DNA from: Patescibacteria group bacterium
Lineage (GTDB): Bacteria > Patescibacteriota > Microgenomatia > UBA10105 > UBA927
Assembly (NCBI GenBank): GCA_023379025.1
Contig: JAMCTH010000009.1
Location: 69,092 to 133,091, forward strand
DNA length: 64,000 nucleotides
Reading direction: 5' to 3'
Under the pieces are notes generated by a model. The model saw nothing but the letters and a program-made list of their open reading frames with translations. It had not been told where the DNA came from and searched no databases. Below are positions 58,227-64,000 of this stretch, piece by piece. A program made the position numbers and the translations under genes. Position 1 is the first letter of the stretch. Each line of letters begins with the position of its first letter.

Positions 58227-58907
58227 ATGTATACTTCCGGTCAGATGTTCTCCCAGAGCTAATGAAAAATGTACAATTTGCTCTCTGAGATAGTCATTAT
58301 TATAGCGCAGAAAGCAGATACCACCAAAATTTCGTCTGAAGGTTTTCTCTTTACTCCTATCCTTCCGATATGTTTTCATAAACTGAGTCTCAGGTATGCT
58401 AAGTAAAGCCGACCAAAATTTTTTTACCTTTGCCTCGTTGTGGTACCAATGGAGGTGAAGCCTTACTCGGAGTCTACATTCATCAATATGATAACAGTGT
58501 CTCAACAATGTTATGAATAATTTCATACGTCTCGGATCTGTATTTACAAAAACAAGTGGTCCTCTTCCCTTACATCCTTCTGACCAATACAGCATAGCGA
58601 GCATTGCTTTTTTCGTTGTGCTACCAATATCCAACGAATTGATCTCTTGCTTTGTCTCTGTGACGATTTTCTGTATCTTTTCCTCTCTCTTTCTCTTTTG
58701 TGCAAGAGCACCCAAAGGTTGAATTTCCCGTATCCATTTTTGCCTACCCATAAGAGCATATTTTCTCTCGTTGGACATCGACCTTACCCATTCATAAACT
58801 GTGCTCTTGGCGACCAACACATCATTTGCAATTTGTCCGATTGATCGTCCTTGCCTTCTTAACGTGCGGGCTCTCTGTTTCGTCCTCTCGGGAATATACC
58901 TTCTCAT
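58212..58907 (-). CDS. HTH-domain protein with possible LAGLIDADG-like endonuclease region (low-GC insertion in the tRNA cluster)
   Basis: N-terminal resolvase/IS630-type HTH (RSIGQIANDVLVAKSTVYEWVR). Downstream ...KKAMLAMLYWSEGCKG...LVFVNTD loosely resembles a LAGLIDADG motif with an acidic residue. The 3' end overlaps the 5' end of tRNA-Arg(GCG) by 15 nt. Confidence 0.4.
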   Translation of the reverse strand: MRRYIPERTKQRARTLRRQGRSIGQIANDVLVAKSTVYEWVRSMSNERKYALMGRQKWIREIQPLGALAQKRKREEKIQKIVTETKQEINSLDIGSTTKKAMLAMLYWSEGCKGRGPLVFVNTDPRRMKLFITLLRHCYHIDECRLRVRLHLHWYHNEAKVKKFWSALLSIPETQFMKTYRKDRSKEKTFRRNFGGICFLRYNNDYLREQIVHFSLALGEHLTGSIHVPVA

Positions 58908-58970
58908 ATCGAACGAGAAATATAGGGATAAATTAATTATGCTTCAATCCGATCTAATTGTTTCGAGGTA

Positions 58971-59489
58971 TTATGAAGGTTTGTCCAGAGGTATTTTTTC
59001 CGTAATCCAGGAAGCGGCGTTATCCACCCAGTTTTTTTGCGGTTCTTCCTGAAACTCTATATACCGGCCAACTATACTTTTGACTTTTTCCTTGCTTTGA
59101 CCGGCAAGAAGGATGATCTCCCGTGGTGCCCGGAATGGTCGGATGACGAGCATTGTCTGCCCCCACTGCTCCTCAAACCAGAAATCCCCCAATTCTTCCC
59201 AACGATACGTATGTGCACCGGTCATGATGCCCAGACTACTGATCCGGTGCCGTATTTCCTCCGGCGGGACGGTAGAAAGGACGTAGATAAGAAATACTAT
59301 GGACACTACGGCTGCGATAAGGACAAACTCACGCGCAAAGACAAGGATGATGAGAAGCAGCACCACGATCGCGCCGACATTGGTAAAATATTCCTTGTCG
59401 CGCCGCTTAAAAAGTCGGGATGGAGATGACCACTCGAGATAGACATCTTCTTTTTTCTTTTCGGAGTCCGGTTGTTGTTTGCCTTCCAT
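58971..59489 (-). CDS. hypothetical membrane protein (2 TM helices plus cytoplasmic domain)
   Basis: Start placed at MEGKQQ... to avoid reading through tRNA-Ser(TGA); ...VGAIVVLLLIILVFAREFVLIAAVVSIVFLIYVLS... Confidence 0.45.
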   Translation of the reverse strand: MEGKQQPDSEKKKEDVYLEWSSPSRLFKRRDKEYFTNVGAIVVLLLIILVFAREFVLIAAVVSIVFLIYVLSTVPPEEIRHRISSLGIMTGAHTYRWEELGDFWFEEQWGQTMLVIRPFRAPREIILLAGQSKEKVKSIVGRYIEFQEEPQKNWVDNAASWITEKIPLDKPS

Positions 59490-59549
59490 GTCTCCAGTAT
59501 ATACTATACAAAAACCTCGCGTGCAATTGCCGGCAGGATAAACTTGATG

Positions 59550-59636
59550 CGGAAGGGGGGAGATTCGAACTCCCGCTGGGCTTACACCCACCACGGTTTT
59601 CAAGACCGGGCCGTTAAACCGCTCCGGCACCCTTCC
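59550..59636 (-). tRNA. tRNA-Ser(TGA)
   Basis: GGAAGGG-TG-CCG...CGG-C-CCGGT-CTTGAAA-ACCGT- long variable arm -GGGAG-TTCGAAT-CTCCC-CCCTTCC-G; 87 nt. Confidence 0.8.
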
Positions 59637-59714
59637 TCAGAACGAATTAGGAAATTTTTCTGAGTAGACCCATACTGATTTACCCCGCCTATTATACCAA
59701 GCAGCACACGCTTC

Positions 59715-60350
59715 GTGGTACCATACCCCATGCCACATATGATTTTTGAGGCTGTTTTTGATATCGAAACGAAAAAGCTTTTCAGTGAAACGGAAACAGG
59801 CGACCCTGCGGAGCTCGGTGTCTCCATCGTGTCGGTATATTCAAGAAGCCTTGATGAATCACGGCGACTCATCTCGGACAATCTCCGATCGTTCTGGGAA
59901 CAGGACTTTTCCGACATGTGGGAAGTCTTCAGTAAGGCAGACCGCATCATCGGATTTAACAGCCTGAACTTTGACGTACCGGCTCTGGCCCCATACGCTC
60001 CCAATGGTTTTGAGGGATACAAGCATTTTGATCTCCTTGATGTCATAAAAAAGAAAACCGGCAGGCGCTTCAGCCTCAACTCGCTGGCGCGCGACACCCT
60101 GAGCCATGAAAAAACAGACGTCGGCACCAACGCAGTGTACTACTGGAACCAGGGGGACCACGAAAGCCTCCGGAAGCTCAGGGAATACTGTGAGGCAGAC
60201 GTCCTCATCACCCGGGACCTCTATGATTACGGGTTTACCCACGGACAACTCAAATATACGGATAAGTGGAACTACCAGAGGACCATGGATATAGATTTTT
60301 CTTACCCCAAAAAAGACTCTGAGCGCCCAAAACAGGGTTCACTCTTCTGA
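59715..60350 (+). CDS. DEDDy-type 3'-5' exonuclease domain protein
   Basis: Exo I FDIETKK, Exo II IGFNSLNFDVPAL, Exo III YCEADVLITRDLY; about 200 aa. The start may be the internal Met at 59739. Confidence 0.7.
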   Translation: MVPYPMPHMIFEAVFDIETKKLFSETETGDPAELGVSIVSVYSRSLDESRRLISDNLRSFWEQDFSDMWEVFSKADRIIGFNSLNFDVPALAPYAPNGFEGYKHFDLLDVIKKKTGRRFSLNSLARDTLSHEKTDVGTNAVYYWNQGDHESLRKLREYCEADVLITRDLYDYGFTHGQLKYTDKWNYQRTMDIDFSYPKKDSERPKQGSLF

Positions 60351-60423
60351 CATGTGACCGCCCCACCGCACACCTCCTATTCATGGTTTGTCCGAGTATT
60401 CTTTGTTATAATGCAACCTGTCA

Positions 60424-60514
60424 GGAGGAGTCGCATAGCCCGGTCCATTGCGAGGGTTTGCTAAACCCTTGAGCCGCAAGGCTCGCGTGGGTTCGAATCC
60501 CACCTCCTCCGCCA
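60424..60514 (+). tRNA. tRNA-Ser(GCT), CCA encoded
   Basis: GGAGGAG-TC-GCA...TGC-G-AGGGT-TTGCTAA-ACCCT- long variable arm -GTGGG-TTCGAAT-CCCAC-CTCCTCC-G-CCA. Confidence 0.85.
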
Positions 60515-60664
60515 TCACGGACAAAATAAATATCGGGTTATCCGGACAATCCGGAGCATTAGAAAAACACGTTCTAACTGAAAAGTGAGTTTAGCCTGAC
60601 AGGGGGCGGGATTAGAACCTAAAGTGGTATAATCCGTTTTATATAACGCTATAACAAAATTTTT

Positions 60665-61114
60665 ATGCAAAAAAGCAATAAATTAACAACACAGACAGTT
60701 AAAAAATGGGGAATGGATTTTATGACGCTGGATAGGAAATTTCCGTCTGAGAAGTATAAGAAATACTTAGATGATTTTGGAGTCAAAAAAGACGAAGAGC
60801 TTGATGCAAAAAGTATTGAAGAGATGTTTTTTGCTCTTCGTCAAGATTTTATCAATGGGAAATTAGATCTTGATGAATTTGCACTTATATGCAATTCTTT
60901 GCATTTGGTGATGAGAAAAAAACATTTTGATGACGATAACCCTGCATTGGCACGCGCATTAGATGAGGGAAATGAGTTAAGTTTTGATATTAGAAGTGTT
61001 CCAAAACATTATCGTAACGTAGCAGATACATTACAAACTATTTATGACTATAAACAGGAATCGGATTCCGCGCTTCATGGTTCATCTGCTCCTCCCAAAG
61101 ATTTTTATAAATAA
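60665..61114 (+). CDS. hypothetical protein (low-GC orphan ORF downstream of tRNA-Ser)
   Basis: 149 aa, charged and helical; no recognised motifs; GC markedly lower than flanks. Confidence 0.4.
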   Translation: MQKSNKLTTQTVKKWGMDFMTLDRKFPSEKYKKYLDDFGVKKDEELDAKSIEEMFFALRQDFINGKLDLDEFALICNSLHLVMRKKHFDDDNPALARALDEGNELSFDIRSVPKHYRNVADTLQTIYDYKQESDSALHGSSAPPKDFYK

Positions 61115-61240
61115 ATCGGATCTTAAAAACAAAACCGGCATGAATTCTGTGAAGTACGCAGAAATCCCTGCCGGTTTTAGTAGATATCAAGTGTGTTCGG
61201 GCATCCAGCTAGTTGCATGCTGATCGCACATGATATTCAT

Positions 61241-61531
61241 CTAGTCCCAGAGACATTCGGGATCAAACACAACACGAACTCCCGGTTTTTTTGGGCTAGG
61301 AGGATTGACAGAAGTGATTTCACCACCGATGGATTCGGGGGGTGTGCGGTGTCCGTCAACGACATTGCCGGCGGCATCAGTGTCAAAACTGTAATGTTCG
61401 CCTTCAACGCCGGTGAATATGGAATGGTGCATTCCACCGATTTTGTTCGGACCGCCAACGGTGTAACCAGCATCATCGCCCAATACGCCCAAATCCACAT
61501 CAAGATCTCGTACATTCACTTTGCCGGTCAT
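61241..61531 (-). CDS. hypothetical Gly-rich protein (downstream part of the stop-interrupted frame)
   Basis: 96 aa; GxxG-rich; in frame with 61544..61951. Confidence 0.4.
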   Translation of the reverse strand: MTGKVNVRDLDVDLGVLGDDAGYTVGGPNKIGGMHHSIFTGVEGEHYSFDTDAAGNVVDGHRTPPESIGGEITSVNPPSPKKPGVRVVFDPECLWD

Positions 61532-61543
61532 GCCATATCTCCT

Positions 61544-61951
61544 TTACGATACACCTGGCTGTTCCCAGCGGTGAGCGTCCCAGTTGTATACCGCGGGTGC
61601 CGCGAGCTTGGGGGATGTGATGCGCCAGTCGTGTAGGTCGCCGTTTTCGTCCATTTCCAGCGTACCTTGACCGTTATCCTTGCCCCCGTTGTTCCACCAC
61701 GAAACGATCTTGTATGTCTGGCCGTTTCGTTCAACCGTAAATCCCCACTTTGTCGTCCCTGGATGCGGAATGACGAATTCGGTTTTCCCTTCGGGGACCG
61801 TAATTTCACCGTCCGAAATCCCTTTGCAGAAGTACGGGAGCGTTGTGAACGCGATGTAGCCGTTTTCAGCGCGTTGATCCATGGCGCAGAAAATGCCGTT
61901 AGTCAGTCCGATGTGTTGCAGAATCCAGTTGTTCCGCTCTTCGGTTGACAT
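61544..61951 (-). CDS. hypothetical protein (upstream part of a stop-interrupted reading frame)
   Basis: 135 aa, Trp/Gly-rich (WGFTVERNGQTYKIVSWWNNGGKDNGQG). It is in the same frame as ORF 61241..61531, separated from it only by a single TAA and 4 sense codons. Confidence 0.45.
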   Translation of the reverse strand: MSTEERNNWILQHIGLTNGIFCAMDQRAENGYIAFTTLPYFCKGISDGEITVPEGKTEFVIPHPGTTKWGFTVERNGQTYKIVSWWNNGGKDNGQGTLEMDENGDLHDWRITSPKLAAPAVYNWDAHRWEQPGVS

Positions 61952-62096
61952 CTGCTTGAACTTCTCGCGCTCCTCTGCAGTTGTCGGTCTGTGGTAGACC
62001 GCCTTGAAAAGATCCTCGTACCCGATGTAACAGTGTCTATGGTCCTCCGCAAGACGTCCCCATCGCCAACCTCATATATATTGTTAGAATAGGAGC

Positions 62097-62438
62097 ATGG
62101 ATATTCATACGGGTGTTGATGTCGTATCCATCGATGAGTTTACGGAATCGCTTCATTCCGGTGGTGAATCTTTCCTCCGTCGCCTCTTCCTTCCGCAGGA
62201 GCTTACCGATCGGTCTCCCGAACACCTCGCAGGTCTTTTTGCGGCAAAGGAGGCGGTCATGAAAGCGCTTCCCCTTCCCGCGGCCGCCTGGCATGCTGTC
62301 AGCATTACGGTTTCCGATATGGGAAAACCAACCGCCCTGATTACAGACAAACACGCCGCGGCGTCGCTTGTCTCCCATGACCTGTCCATAACGCACGCAG
62401 CAGGCGTCGCCGTTGCCGTATTTGTGGCCATCACGTAG
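62097..62438 (+). CDS. acpS: holo-[acyl-carrier-protein] synthase (4'-phosphopantetheinyl transferase)
   Basis: 113 aa; GVDVVSIDEF...FAAKEAVMKAL...ITVSDMGKPTAL...LSITHAAGVAVAVF matches AcpS; AGGAG RBS 7 nt upstream. Confidence 0.85.
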   Translation: MDIHTGVDVVSIDEFTESLHSGGESFLRRLFLPQELTDRSPEHLAGLFAAKEAVMKALPLPAAAWHAVSITVSDMGKPTALITDKHAAASLVSHDLSITHAAGVAVAVFVAIT

Positions 62439-62483
62439 TATAAAAGAGTGCCTCGTAACATCGGGGGCGCCGGACTCATCTAT

Positions 62484-64000
62484 GTACGACACGGTACCAG
62501 AATTTCTTTCCTCGATTGCGGATCAATACGGAAACAAGACGGCGCTCCATATCCGGCGGCTCTTCCAAACCGCTAAATATAGCTATCGCGATCTCGAAAC
62601 GTTTTCCAGAAAAACTGCCCGGTTTTTAGCCAAACACCATGTCCGTCCGGGAGACAGAGTCATGATCTGGGCTCCCAATATGCCGGAGTGGGTGATCGTA
62701 CTCATGGGGAGTCTGACTGCCGGCGCCACGGTCGTCCCTGCCATGATCCACTCATCAGGAGAGGTTGTGGAGAAATACATACGCCGCACGAAACCGAAAC
62801 TTCTGTTTACTTCCCGCTTCTATCCGCTCGGGCTTTCCAAAAACCAAACCGTCAATACGTTATTTCTGGAAGACCTTCCGGATCTTCTGAGGGAGGTGGA
62901 TGACGGACCCCTGCCGACTCCGCATCCGGACGAGCTCGCAGAGATCGTGTTTACGTCAGGAACCACAGGCGAGCCTAAGGGGGTCATGATCACCCAACGA
63001 AATATTCTCTATGAGATAGAGAAGCTCCTTGCAACGATCCCGAGTTACAAAGAGTACCGGCTTCTGTCTATCCTTCCCCTCTCCCACGTCATGGAACAGA
63101 TCGTCGGACTGTTTGCTCCGCTTGCGCGGGGTGCCACCATTTATTACATCCCCCGCATCAACACCCTGACCATACGCAAAGCGCTCAGGAAATACCATAT
63201 TACGGATCTTGGGGTGGTTCCGCAGATGCTCCGGATGTTTCTTGATACCATAGAGTTCGAGATATCCGAGAAAAAACTCATGCCTCTCTTTCGTATTCTC
63301 CGTTTCCTGACTCTCCGGACACCATTTCCCGTTCGCCGGACAATCTTCCGCTCCATACACGCATCCCTGGGAGGAAAACTCTATGTTTTCGGTGTCGGCA
63401 GCGCACCGCTTCCCGTTCACCTTGCGGAGGCATGGGAAGCCATCGGGATCCGCGTCGTTGAAGGGTATGGGGCATCCGAACTCACCGGAGGCATCACGGC
63501 AAATTTCATCGATCACCGGCGACTCGGTTCCGTCGGAAAAATTATTCCCGGCATGGACGTCAAACTGTCTTCTGAAGGTGAAGTGCTTGCTCGGGGCCCG
63601 AATGTCACGCCCGGATATTTCGAGAACCCGGAAAAGACCGGGGAAGCATTTGCGCCCGACGGCTATTTTCGGACCGGAGATATCGGATATTTTGACCGTA
63701 ACGGATATCTCTATATCACCGGACGGGAAAAATTTAAAATCGTCACTGCGGCAGGAGACAAAGTATACCCCGAGGACATAGAAAAAATACTCAACGGTAA
63801 TCCGTATGTCTGGGATAGTTGTGCCGTCGGACTTCCGGACGGAGACGGAGAATCCCTGACTGTTGCGGTCATTCTGCATCCTGACAGTCATACATCCCTT
63901 GAGGGTATCATCCGCTGGGCAAATAGCCGGCTGGAGTCCCACCAGCAAATCCGGGCGTCAATCCTCTGGCCGGACAAAGATTTCCCAAGGCTTTCAACCC
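62484..64000 (+). CDS. AMP-dependent synthetase/ligase (long-chain fatty-acid-CoA ligase-like), partial at window end
   Basis: Manual translation from ATG 62484 gives an open frame to the window end containing the AMP-binding motif TSGTTGEPKGVMITQRN and YGASE...GEVLARGPNVTPGYF. Absent from the ORF track because there is no stop in the window. Confidence 0.85.

Noticed and set aside
62956-63948. 330-aa minus-strand ORF
   Set aside because: Antisense to the AMP-dependent synthetase gene, which carries the TSGTTGEPKG AMP-binding motif and reads open to the window end.

Overview
This 64-kb window is a high-GC (about 58-60%) bacterial chromosome segment with compact gene organisation and frequent ATGA/4-bp start-stop overlaps. 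It is interrupted by several low-GC (about 35-45%) accessory islets, most of them next to tRNA genes. Core content: an F1Fo ATP synthase operon (atpB-E-F/H fusion-A-G-D-C), typA/bipA, an ackA-xfp phosphoketolase pair, and a CcdA plus two DsbA-like thiol-disulfide proteins. Further core genes are a ZIP zinc transporter, a P-type ATPase, MacAB-type efflux, dnaG-rpoD, a DEAD-box helicase, cspA, acpS and a partial acyl-CoA synthetase. There are 7 tRNAs: Asn(GTT), all four Ser isoacceptors (GGA, CGA, TGA, GCT), Arg(CCG) and Arg(GCG). Accessory content: (i) an 8.5-kb co-directional low-GC defence island at 24.2-32.7 kb, containing Fic, GmrSD, a LexA-like S24 repressor, an HsdR_N-fused HsdM, an unknown membrane-anchored protein, HsdS, a 76-aa basic HNH-like mini-protein and an HNH endonuclease, with no HsdR in the window; (ii) a decayed zone at 32.9-36.5 kb with ROK-kinase, PhzF and Gfo/Idh/MocA fragments; (iii) a low-GC islet at 42.3-46.3 kb with two small-molecule kinases and an IS200/RAYT-like HUH transposase bounded by CACACCCC-GGGGTGTG hairpins, abutting tRNA-Asn; (iv) further small low-GC insertions inside a tRNA-Ser/Arg cluster at 55.6-61.1 kb, including an HTH/LAGLIDADG-like ORF whose 3' end overlaps tRNA-Arg(GCG). 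An RHH-PIN toxin-antitoxin pair is also present. The organism could not be identified; features such as the b-delta ATP synthase fusion, the short sigma-70 and the phosphoketolase/acetate kinase pair are compatible with, but do not prove, a Patescibacteria/CPR-like lineage.
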